Of a stretch of 64,000 nt of DNA, positions 23,165 through 32,090 are shown in pieces. Source of the DNA: Escherichia coli. Its GTDB lineage: Bacteria; Pseudomonadota; Gammaproteobacteria; Enterobacterales; Enterobacteriaceae. The stretch is taken from NCBI RefSeq assembly GCF_024502345.1, contig NZ_JALDNN010000001.1. One strand, given 5' to 3'. Both the position numbers and the translations under genes were made by a program. The first letter of the stretch is position 1; each line of letters begins with the position of its first letter. Under the pieces are notes generated by a model. The model searched no databases. It was not told the DNA's origin and saw only the letters and a program-made list of their open reading frames with translations.

Positions 23165-24552
23165 TGCAAATCGTCTCTGTCGATATTGGATCGACGTGGA
23201 CCAAAGCTGCCCTCTTCACCCGGGAGGGGGACGCGTTAACGTTGGTTAACCACGTACTGACCCCAACCACCACCCATCATCTGGCGAAGGGGTTTTTCTC
23301 CAGCCTGAACCAGGTGTTAAACGTAGATAATGCCCTCCCCCTGTTAAACAGCGGTGAGGTTGCATTGAAGTATTCCTCCTCTGCCAAAGGTGGGCTGGCG
23401 GTTGCCGCAATGGGATTGGTGCCTTCTATCACCCTGGAAACCGCGAAAGTAACCGCTCACTCTGCGGGGGCTAAAATTGCGCAATATTACGCCTACAAGC
23501 TGAACCGCCGTGATATCCAGGCACTGGAAGAAACGCAGCCCGATATTCTCTTGTTCACCGGCGGCACCGACGGCGGAGAAGAAAGCTACGGACTGAATAA
23601 CGCCCGTGTGCTGGCAGAATCCAAACTCGACTGCGCCATTATTTATGCCGGAAACCGGGATATTCAGGACGAGGTGCAGGAGATCCTCGGGCATAAAGAC
23701 CTGACCATCGTCGACAATGTTCTGCCCGATCTTGACCATCCGAACCCTTTAGCCGCACGCCAGGCTATTTGCGACATATTCCTTAAACGCATCGTTAAAG
23801 GGAAAGGGCTGGATGTCATTGTTGATAAAACAGGCGAAGAACCAATGCCGACACCATGGACGGTCTTTGAACTGGTCAAGGCAATCAGTAACGTCGATCA
23901 CAGCTGGAAAGAGTTCATGCTGATCGACATGGGCGGCGCAACCACCGATGTTTATTCCGCCGGTGCCAACACGCTCTCGCCCGACACCGTTTTACACGGC
24001 GTACCGGAACCCTTCGTAAAACGGACGGTGGAAGGCGATCTGGGAATGCGCGTCTCGGCAGTGGTGGTTGGTGAAAGTGCGAAAGAGTTAGTCAATGTGA
24101 ATTTTGCTCAGCAACCCGCACAGCTGGACGCTTTTTATCATTACCTCCGTCATCTAGTCGCTCATCCCGACTACTTACCCGCAAATGCAGAAGAGAAATA
24201 TTTCGATACCGTCCTGGCCGGACTGTGTGTGGGTTATGCCACCGAAAGACATGCGGGCACCAAAAAAGAGGTCTGCACCTGCGTCGGCAATGTCGATTTA
24301 CAGATGGGACGTGACCTGACAACCGTGCGTAAAGTCGTCGGATCCGGCGGATGGCTCTCGCGTGCCAGTCAGTTCGATATGCATCACTGGTTGAAATACC
24401 GCGAGTTAAACGACGACGGTAAACGCATTCTCTTACCGACCGAATTTGAATATTACCGCGATTCCCGGGGGCTATTACCACTGCTGGCAAACGTCGCCAG
24501 AGTCGATCCGCTGGCCGCCGCGCGCACCAGTATTCAATGCTTAACCCTATAA
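23164..24552 (+). CDS. glmL: Glutamate mutase-associated protein GlmL (MutL-like)
   Basis: 462 aa; start overlaps the glmS stop (ATGA); sits between the S and E subunits as in clostridial glutamate mutase operons. Confidence 0.8.
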   Translation: MQIVSVDIGSTWTKAALFTREGDALTLVNHVLTPTTTHHLAKGFFSSLNQVLNVDNALPLLNSGEVALKYSSSAKGGLAVAAMGLVPSITLETAKVTAHSAGAKIAQYYAYKLNRRDIQALEETQPDILLFTGGTDGGEESYGLNNARVLAESKLDCAIIYAGNRDIQDEVQEILGHKDLTIVDNVLPDLDHPNPLAARQAICDIFLKRIVKGKGLDVIVDKTGEEPMPTPWTVFELVKAISNVDHSWKEFMLIDMGGATTDVYSAGANTLSPDTVLHGVPEPFVKRTVEGDLGMRVSAVVVGESAKELVNVNFAQQPAQLDAFYHYLRHLVAHPDYLPANAEEKYFDTVLAGLCVGYATERHAGTKKEVCTCVGNVDLQMGRDLTTVRKVVGSGGWLSRASQFDMHHWLKYRELNDDGKRILLPTEFEYYRDSRGLLPLLANVARVDPLAAARTSIQCLTL

Positions 24553-24570
24553 CAATTAAGGCTGCAATCA

Positions 24571-26016
24571 ATGGAACTTCGAAATAAGAAATTAACCCAT
24601 GACGAATTCATGACCGAGCGGCAACAGGTACTGAAAACCTGGGAAACCGGCAAGGATGTTGAAAACTTTGAAGATGGCGTTAAATACCAACAAAACATTC
24701 CTGAGCATAAACGCTTCTCTCATGCCCTGCTGAAAGCAGACAAGGAAGGTAAAACCCTTAGCCAACCGCGCGCAGGTGTGGCGCTGATGGACGAACACAT
24801 CGAACTGCTGAAAACACTACAAGAAGAGTGCGATCTGCTGCCAAGCACCATCGATGCATATACCCGTCTGAATCGGTACGAAGAAGCGGCTGTAGGGATT
24901 AAAAAATCCATCGAAGCCGGAACCTCTAAACTGAACGGTTTACCGGTAGTTAACCATGGTGTCGCAGCTTGCCGTCGCCTCACCGAAACCCTGCAAAAAC
25001 CGCTACAGATCCGCCACGGCACGCCAGATGCGCGTCTGCTGGCTGAAATCTCAATGGCCAGCGGCTTTACCAGTTATGAAGGCGGTGGCATTTCCTACAA
25101 CATTCCGTATGCCAAACGTGTAACGCTGGAAAAATCGATCCGCGACTGGCAGTACTGCGACCGTTTAATGGGGATGTACGAAGAACACGGGATCCGCATC
25201 AACCGCGAACCGTTTGGCCCACTAACGGGTACGCTGATCCCGCCGTTTATCTCGCACTCTATCGCGATAATCGAAGGCTTGCTGGCGCTGGAACAGGGTG
25301 TGAAATCTATCACCGTTGGTTATGGCCAGGTCGGCAGCCTGACGCAGGATGTTGCGGCGATCCAGTCTCTGCGTGAACTTGCACACGAATACTTTCAGAG
25401 CTATGGCTATACCGACTATGAATTAAGTACCGTGTTTCACCAGTGGATGGGCGGCTTTCCGGAAGACGAATCGAAAGCGTTCGCTATTATCTCCTGGGGC
25501 GCAGCCGTCGCGGGGATGTCTGGTGCCACCAAACTCATCACCAAAAGTCCGCACGAAGCCTGGGGCATTCCGACTGCCGCTGCCAACATTCAGGGGCTGA
25601 AAGCCTCCCGCCAGATGCTCAACATGGTCAATGAGCAGAAATTCCCGCCGTGCCCTGCGGTTGAACTGGAAATTGAACTGATTAAGAGCGAGGTTCGCGC
25701 AGTACTGAATAAAGTGTTCGAACTGGGTAATGGTGATATTGCGCGCGGAACGGTGCTGGCATTTGAAGCGGGCGTACTGGATGTGCCGTTTGCGCCAGCC
25801 GCCTGCAACGCGGGCAAAATTCTTCCGGTCCGTGACAACACCGGCGCGATACGCGTACTGGAAGCCGGAGCCGTTCCATTGCCAAAAGATATTCTCGACC
25901 TCCACCACGATTACGTTGCGGAACGCGCACGCTGTGAAGGACGCCAACCGACATTCCAGATGGTTGTAGATGACATCAATGCTGTATCCCACAGTAAATT
26001 AATAGGAAGACCATAA
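24571..26016 (+). CDS. glmE: Glutamate mutase (methylaspartate mutase) E subunit
   Basis: 481 aa, typical E-subunit size and operon position. Confidence 0.85.
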   Translation: MELRNKKLTHDEFMTERQQVLKTWETGKDVENFEDGVKYQQNIPEHKRFSHALLKADKEGKTLSQPRAGVALMDEHIELLKTLQEECDLLPSTIDAYTRLNRYEEAAVGIKKSIEAGTSKLNGLPVVNHGVAACRRLTETLQKPLQIRHGTPDARLLAEISMASGFTSYEGGGISYNIPYAKRVTLEKSIRDWQYCDRLMGMYEEHGIRINREPFGPLTGTLIPPFISHSIAIIEGLLALEQGVKSITVGYGQVGSLTQDVAAIQSLRELAHEYFQSYGYTDYELSTVFHQWMGGFPEDESKAFAIISWGAAVAGMSGATKLITKSPHEAWGIPTAAANIQGLKASRQMLNMVNEQKFPPCPAVELEIELIKSEVRAVLNKVFELGNGDIARGTVLAFEAGVLDVPFAPAACNAGKILPVRDNTGAIRVLEAGAVPLPKDILDLHHDYVAERARCEGRQPTFQMVVDDINAVSHSKLIGRP

Positions 26017-27257
26017 TGAAAATAAAACAGGCCCTGTTCACCGCTGGCTATTCCTCATTCTATTTCGATGACCAGCAGGCGATAAAAAACGGAGCGGGTC
26101 ATGACGGCTTTTTTTATACCGGGGAGCCGGTAACACAGGGGTTTAACGCCGTTCGTCAGGCCGGGGAGTGCGTATCGGTACAGTTGATTCTGGAAAACGG
26201 CGCGGTCGCCGTAGGTGACTGTACTGCCGTACAGTATTCCGGGGCAGGCGGTCGCGATCCACTGTTCCTCGCAGAGCACTTTATTCCGTTCCTCAACGAC
26301 CATATCAAGCCATTACTGGTAGGCCGCGATGTGGATGCTTTCCTGCCGAATGCCCGTTTCTTCGACAAATTGCGTATTGACGGCAACTTGCTGCATACCG
26401 CCGTGCGCTACGGATTATCACAGGCGCTGCTTGATGCTACCGCGCTGGCAACCGGCCGTCTGAAAACTGAAGTGGTCTGTGATGAATGGCAGTTGCCACG
26501 CGTGGCGGAATCCATTCCATTATTTGGTCAGAGCGGCGACGATCGATATATCGCCGTCGATAAGATGATCCTTAAAGGCATCGACGTGCTGCCCCATGCG
26601 CTGATTAATAACGTCGAAGAGAAGCTGGGCTTTAAAGGTGAAAAACTGCGCGAATATGTCCACTGGCTGTCGGATCGCATTCTGAGCAAGCGCACCAGCG
26701 CACGCTACCACCCAACCCTGCACATCGATGTATACGGCACTATCGGTCTGATCTTCGATATGGATCCGCTTCGCTGTGCGCAATACATCGCCAGCCTGGA
26801 AAAAGAAGCGCAAGGCCTGCCGCTCTACATCGAAGGGCCGGTCGATGCCGGTAACAAGCCCGATCAAATTCGCCTGCTGACCGCGATTACCAAAGAGCTG
26901 ACGCGCCTCGGTTCCGGCGTGAAAATTGTGGCCGATGAATGGTGTAACACCTACCAGGATATTGTTGATTTCACTGATGCTGCCAGTTGTCACATGGTGC
27001 AAATCAAAACCCCGGATCTGGGCAGTATTCACAACATCGTCGATGCGGTTCTTTACTGCAACAGCCACAGCATGGAAGCGTACCAGGGCGGCACCTGCAA
27101 TGAAACTGATGTCAGTGCCCGCACCTGTGTCCACGTCGCCCTTGCCGCTCGCCCTATGCGTATGCTGGTAAAACCAGGGATGGGCTTTGACGAAGGCCTC
27201 GATATCGTCTTCAACGAAATGAATCGTACTATCGCGCTGTTGCAGGCTAAGGATTAA
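26016..27257 (+). CDS. mal: 3-Methylaspartate ammonia-lyase (methylaspartase)
   Basis: 413 aa; N-terminus (FYFDDQ.AIK.GAGHDGF.YTG ... AVQYSGAGGRDPLFLA) closely resembles clostridial methylaspartase (enolase superfamily). Confidence 0.9.
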   Translation: MKIKQALFTAGYSSFYFDDQQAIKNGAGHDGFFYTGEPVTQGFNAVRQAGECVSVQLILENGAVAVGDCTAVQYSGAGGRDPLFLAEHFIPFLNDHIKPLLVGRDVDAFLPNARFFDKLRIDGNLLHTAVRYGLSQALLDATALATGRLKTEVVCDEWQLPRVAESIPLFGQSGDDRYIAVDKMILKGIDVLPHALINNVEEKLGFKGEKLREYVHWLSDRILSKRTSARYHPTLHIDVYGTIGLIFDMDPLRCAQYIASLEKEAQGLPLYIEGPVDAGNKPDQIRLLTAITKELTRLGSGVKIVADEWCNTYQDIVDFTDAASCHMVQIKTPDLGSIHNIVDAVLYCNSHSMEAYQGGTCNETDVSARTCVHVALAARPMRMLVKPGMGFDEGLDIVFNEMNRTIALLQAKD

Positions 27258-27260
27258 CAA

Positions 27261-28631
27261 ATGGCTCGTTCTTTTAAAGTCTTATCGCCAACGGCAATCC
27301 TCGGGTATGGATTCCCGGAAGAGAGCTTCCGCAAAGCGATGGCAGAATCGCCCGATCTGATCGCCGTTGATGCAGGCTCTTCCGATCCAGGCCCCCACTA
27401 CCTCGGGGCAGGCAAACCGTTTACCGATCGCGCAGGGGTCAAGCGCGATCTGCGCTATATGATCACCGCAGGCGTGCAAAATAATATACCGGTGGTGATC
27501 GGAACGGCTGGCGGTTCTGGTGCCGCACCACACCTGGAGTGGTGCCGAGAAATAATTCATGAGATTGCCCGGGAAGAGCACCTCTCGTTCTCGATGGCGC
27601 TGATCCCGGCAGACGTTGACAAAGCCATCGTCCACCAGGCGCTGGATAACGGCAAAATCACGGCGCTGGAGTTTGTCCCGCCGTTAACCCACGACGCGAT
27701 TGACGAAAGTACGTATATCGTCGCGCAAATGGGCATCGAACCCTTCCAGCGTGCGCTAAAAGAAGGCGCGCAAGTGGTGCTGGGTGGGCGCGCTTACGAC
27801 CCGGCCTGCTTTGCTGCGCTACCGATCATGCAAGGCTTTGATGAAGGTCTGGCGCTGCATTGTGGGAAAATCCTTGAGTGCGCAGCAATCGCCGCAACGC
27901 CCGGCTCAGGCTCTGACTGTGCGATGGGCATCATTGATGACAACGGCTTTACGCTGAAGACATTTAATCCGAAGCGTAAATTTACCGAAACGTCAGCAGC
28001 TGCACACACACTGTATGAGAAATCCGATCCTTACTTCCTGCCAGGACCTGGCGGCGTGTTGAATCTGAAAGGCTGCACATTTAAAGCGGTCAATAACGGC
28101 GAAGTGTACGTCAGCGGTTCTAAGCATGAAGAAACGCCGTATGCCCTGAAACTGGAAGGTGCACGACGGGTGGGCTTCCGCTGTCTGACCATCGCCGGAA
28201 CGCGCGACCCGATTATGATCGCCGGGATCGATAAAATCATCGATGAAGTCAAAACCAGCGTTTCGCGTAACCTGTCGCTCGACGATGACAGCATTCGCAT
28301 CAATTTCCACCTGTACGGCAAAAACGGGGTGATGGGAGACCATGAACCGATGCAAACTGCCGGGCATGAGCTGGGGATTGTCCTTGATGTAGTTGCACCG
28401 ACCCAGGAAATTGCCAACAGCGTTTGCTCGCTGGTGCGCTCTACCATGCTGCACTACGGCTATGAAAACCGCATCGCTACCGCAGGCAATCTGGCGTTCC
28501 CGTTCTCCCCTTCTGATATCCAGGGCGGGCCGGTATACGAATTTTCCATATATCACCTGATTGAAGCCAACGACGCTCTGCGTTTTGATTTCCATATTGA
28601 ACAGGTGACGCCAGAAGGAGTTCAGGCATGA
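27261..28631 (+). CDS. Uncharacterised conserved protein (tentatively AtuA-like/DUF1446 type), translationally coupled to mal
   Basis: 456 aa ORF starting 3 nt after the mal stop; normal GC; family assignment is from memory and needs an HMM search. Confidence 0.7.
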   Translation: MARSFKVLSPTAILGYGFPEESFRKAMAESPDLIAVDAGSSDPGPHYLGAGKPFTDRAGVKRDLRYMITAGVQNNIPVVIGTAGGSGAAPHLEWCREIIHEIAREEHLSFSMALIPADVDKAIVHQALDNGKITALEFVPPLTHDAIDESTYIVAQMGIEPFQRALKEGAQVVLGGRAYDPACFAALPIMQGFDEGLALHCGKILECAAIAATPGSGSDCAMGIIDDNGFTLKTFNPKRKFTETSAAAHTLYEKSDPYFLPGPGGVLNLKGCTFKAVNNGEVYVSGSKHEETPYALKLEGARRVGFRCLTIAGTRDPIMIAGIDKIIDEVKTSVSRNLSLDDDSIRINFHLYGKNGVMGDHEPMQTAGHELGIVLDVVAPTQEIANSVCSLVRSTMLHYGYENRIATAGNLAFPFSPSDIQGGPVYEFSIYHLIEANDALRFDFHIEQVTPEGVQA

Positions 28632-28945
28632 AACAGTCAATTGTCTCACTGGCGCAAGTCATTCGTTCGAAAAATGCCGGACCTTACGAACTGGTTTTAG
28701 ATATTTTATTTAAAACGAAAGAAAACTATGAGCGAGTTAAATCATCAGGGCAATTAACCCCAGAACTGATTGCGCGCTTATATCATGTTGAACCTGACTT
28801 TATTCATCGTATTGTCTGGTTTGATCCTTCTAACGCAGTAAAAATCGTCATGCCACGAGATATTATCTCCGGGAATGTAGGTGACAATGATGTCTATGGT
28901 GCACAGCAACATGCACCTTTATTAAATATGAGTTTCGATTTGTAA
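28628..28945 (+). CDS. Small uncharacterised protein (tentatively DUF4387 type), overlaps upstream gene by 4 nt
   Basis: 105 aa ORF with ATGA overlap to the 456 aa ORF; last gene of the operon. Confidence 0.6.
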   Translation: MKQSIVSLAQVIRSKNAGPYELVLDILFKTKENYERVKSSGQLTPELIARLYHVEPDFIHRIVWFDPSNAVKIVMPRDIISGNVGDNDVYGAQQHAPLLNMSFDL

Positions 28946-29084
28946 AAATCCGAATACTTTTAGCCAACTGACATCCCGTCACTTATTACAGTTCAACACT
29001 TCAGCTATTTGTAAGGTTGTAATAGCAGGTAGATGCCTGAATCTCTATTCAGGCATCTACTTCTCCTGATTCTGATTTATCGCC

Positions 29085-29378
29085 GTGCACCTGATGGAGG
29101 AAAAAATGAAGAAAATAAGTTTAACCACGATGATTCTTTTGGCGCTGGTACTTGGAATGATTATCGGCGTAGTGCTCAATAACACTGTTTCACCGGAAAC
29201 AGCAAAACTCTATGCGCAAGAAATATCGATATTCACGACGATTTTCTTACGACTGATAAAAATGATTATCGCTCCGTTAGTGGTCTCTACCCTGGTGGTA
29301 GGTATTGCTAAAATGGGAGATGCCAAAGCCCTTGGTCGTATTTTTTCTAAAACACTCTTTTTATTTATTTGCGCCTCA
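29085..29378 (+). pseudogene. 5' fragment (about 98 codons) of a GltP/DctA-family dicarboxylate/amino-acid:cation symporter, truncated by IS1
   Basis: N-terminus [23 protein letters not shown]...[30 protein letters not shown] matches the conserved first TM segments of GltP-type symporters; frame runs into the IS1 left end and stops at 29405. Confidence 0.8.
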
Positions 29379-29433
29379 GGTGATGCTGCCAACTTACTGA
29401 TTTAGTGTATGATGGTGTTTTTGAGGTGCTCCA

Positions 29434-29709
29434 GTGGCTTCTGTTTCTATCAGCTGTCCCTCCTGTTCAGCTACTGACGGGGTGGTGCGTAACGGCAAAA
29501 GCACCGCCGGACATCAGCGCTATCTCTGCTCTCACTGCCGTAAAACATGGCAACTGCAGTTCACTTACACCGCTTCTCAACCCGGTACGCACCAGAAAAT
29601 CATTGATATGGCCATGAATGGCGTTGGATGCCGGGCAACCGCCCGCATTATGGGCGTTGGCCTCAACACGATTTTCCGCCATTTAAAAAACTCAGGCCGC
29701 AGTCGGTAA
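29434..29709 (+). CDS. insA: IS1 InsA protein
   Basis: 91 aa [43 protein letters not shown]... Confidence 0.95.
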   Translation: MASVSISCPSCSATDGVVRNGKSTAGHQRYLCSHCRKTWQLQFTYTASQPGTHQKIIDMAMNGVGCRATARIMGVGLNTIFRHLKNSGRSR

Positions 29710-30131
29710 CCTCGCGCATACAGCCGGGCAGTGACGTCATCGTCTGCGCGGAAATGGACGAACAGTGGGGATACGTCGGGGCTAAATCGCGCCAGCGCTG
29801 GCTGTTTTACGCGTATGACAGGCTCCGGAAGACGGTTGTTGCGCACGTATTCGGTGAACGCACTATGGCGACGCTGGGGCGTCTTATGAGCCTGCTGTCA
29901 CCCTTTGACGTGGTGATATGGATGACGGATGGCTGGCCGCTGTATGAATCCCGCCTGAAGGGAAAGCTGCACGTAATCAGCAAGCGATATACGCAGCGAA
30001 TTGAGCGGCATAACCTGAATCTGAGGCAGCACCTGGCACGGCTGGGACGGAAGTCGCTGTCGTTCTCAAAATCGGTGGAGCTGCATGACAAAGTCATCGG
30101 GCATTATCTGAACATAAAACACTATCAATAA
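29628..30131 (+). CDS. insB: IS1 InsB reading frame (expressed as InsAB' transposase by -1 frameshift)
   Basis: 167 aa ORF in the -1 frame overlapping the insA 3' end; classic IS1 organisation. Confidence 0.9.
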   Translation: MPGNRPHYGRWPQHDFPPFKKLRPQSVTSRIQPGSDVIVCAEMDEQWGYVGAKSRQRWLFYAYDRLRKTVVAHVFGERTMATLGRLMSLLSPFDVVIWMTDGWPLYESRLKGKLHVISKRYTQRIERHNLNLRQHLARLGRKSLSFSKSVELHDKVIGHYLNIKHYQ

Positions 30132-30146
30132 GTTGGAGTCATTACC

Positions 30147-30555
30147 AATCGCCGTTATTAGCTAAAGAATGAATATTAACAATAATATCGGGATGTAACT
30201 TTGTGAATTCATGTAAATTTGGGATTAACCAGTGGGTACTAAAAGTAGGATTAACGGCAAGTTCAATAACCTGAACCGTAGGCTGCCAGGTCATAATGGT
30301 ATTGGTATCGCGTTCCAGCTTATTTAATGTTTCTTTTACTATCCCCAGGTAATACTTCCCTGCATCATTAAGAAAAATGCGTTTTTTAGAGTGTGAAAAT
30401 AACGGAGTACGTAAAAATTCCTCCAGCGCACTTACTTGTCTGAATACTGCACTTTGGGTTAACGCTAACTCCTCTGCCGCTCTGGTATAACTTTCATGAC
30501 GTGCGACGACCTCAAAAGTCACCAGCAGTTCCGTTTTAGGTATTTTCCCTCGCAT
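30147..30555 (-). pseudogene. 5' fragment (about 136 codons) of a LysR-family transcriptional regulator, truncated by IS1
   Basis: N-terminal HTH typical of LysR (TFEVVARHESYTRAAEELALTQSAVFRQVSALEEFL); reading frame runs into the IS1 right end. Confidence 0.8.
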
Positions 30556-31107
30556 AATGCCGTCCCTTAAAAATAGTTTAAACCATCAAAAATACATTAC
30601 TTATTACGAAGTAATGGTAACAAAGCAGCAATAAATAATTTATAAGAATCATGATTGACATTTATAAACCAGTAAGGCTGGCGTGACAAATATCTTAATC
30701 AGATAATAATAATCCGAAAAGCACAGCGCCTTTCGAATTATCCGGAATCACATTAAGTGAAAATTATTAAATTGATATCATTTATCATATCTGTGGATAT
30801 TATGATAAACAATCAACAAAGATTTTATTTTTGATTTATAGCATATCCATCTAAGAATTTTTGCGATGCTGCAATATCCGGGGTAAAGACCCGATCCTGG
30901 CTGACAAATGGCACGACTTGACGAAAAGCGGTGAACATCGCTTTTGTTGATTTACTTAACGCTACGGTCAAACGCTGGGAAGCCAGTGCATCAGGTAACG
31001 ATTCGAAATTCGCCGTCGTTCTTATTCGTGGCTTGCGGTCGGTCGCGGCAATCCACAGTGGCTGTGGTCATGCAGTCAAGCCTGCAGTCAGATTTCGACC
31101 GTGGTTA

Positions 31108-31140
31108 ACCGTTTAAGGTATAAAAAAGGCCATCATACGA
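31108..31140 (-). terminator. Rho-independent terminator downstream of sucD
   Basis: Minus-strand hairpin ggccatcgtatgatggcc followed by TTTTTTAT. Confidence 0.65.
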
Positions 31141-31220
31141 TGGCCAACCATGTCGAAACCGACAGCCCTTCGCCATTCCTGTAGAGGGAAGCGGCGAGGG
31201 CTATTTCTTATTACAGATAT
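31110..31220 (-). ncRNA. sdhX: Possible SdhX (RybD) sRNA from the sucD 3' UTR
   Basis: About 100 nt between the sucD stop and the terminator, the position where the 3'-UTR-derived sRNA lies in K-12; sequence identity not verified. Confidence 0.4.
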
Positions 31221-32090
31221 TTATTTCAGAACAGTTTTCAGTGCTTCACCGATATCCGCCAGGCTGCGAACGGTTTTCACGCCTGCGGCTTCCAGAGCAG
31301 CGAATTTCTCATCCGCAGTCCCTTTCCCACCGGCAATGATGGCACCCGCGTGGCCCATACGTTTGCCTTTCGGCGCAGTCACACCAGCGATGTAACCCAC
31401 AACTGGCTTGGTAACGTGCTCTTTGATGTACGCAGCTGCTTCTTCTTCAGCGCTACCGCCGATCTCACCGATCATCACGATCGCTTCGGTCTGCGGATCT
31501 TTTTCGAACATTTCGAGAATGTCGATAAAGTTAGAGCCAGGGATCGGGTCACCGCCGATACCGACACAGGTCGACTGACCGAAACCGTAATCCGTGGTCT
31601 GTTTAACCGCTTCATAGGTCAGTGTACCGGAACGGGAAACGATACCCACTTTACCCGGTTTGTGAATGTGACCCGGCTGGATACCGATTTTGCATTCACC
31701 CGGAGTGATAACGCCCGGGCAGTTCGGGCCGATCATACGAACGCCGGCTTCGTCCAGTTTCACTTTCACAGTCAGCATATCCAGCGTCGGGATGCCTTCA
31801 GTGATGGTGATAATCAGTTTGATGCCTGCATCAATAGCTTCCAGAATGGAGTCTTTGCAGAACGGTGCTGGTACGTAGATAACAGAAGCGGTAGCGCCAG
31901 TAGCAGCAACAGCTTCACGCACGGTGTTGAACACCGGCAGGCCGAGGTGGGTAGTACCGCCTTTACCTGGGGTTACGCCGCCAACCATTTTAGTGCCGTA
32001 TGCAATGGCCTGTTCTGAGTGGAAAGTCCCCTGGCTACCAGTAAAGCCCTGGCAGATAACCTTGGTGTTTTTATCAATTAAAATGGACAT
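31221..32090 (-). CDS. sucD: Succinyl-CoA synthetase alpha subunit
   Basis: 289 aa. Confidence 0.95.

Larger units (their letters stand above)
29379..30146 (+). mobile_element. IS1 insertion sequence (768 bp) with 23 bp terminal inverted repeats
   Basis: Left end ggtgatgctgccaacttactgat, right end atcaataagttggagtcattacc; contains insA and insB; no flanking direct repeat. Confidence 0.95.

Noticed and set aside
29405-29682. 70 aa and 71 aa ORFs inside IS1
   Set aside because: Alternative-frame and antisense ORFs within the IS1 insA region; IS1 encodes only InsA and InsB/InsAB'
30931-31116. 61 aa plus-strand ORF between the LysR fragment and sucD
   Set aside because: No RBS, overlaps the sucD terminator and the minus-strand remnant frame; probably non-coding
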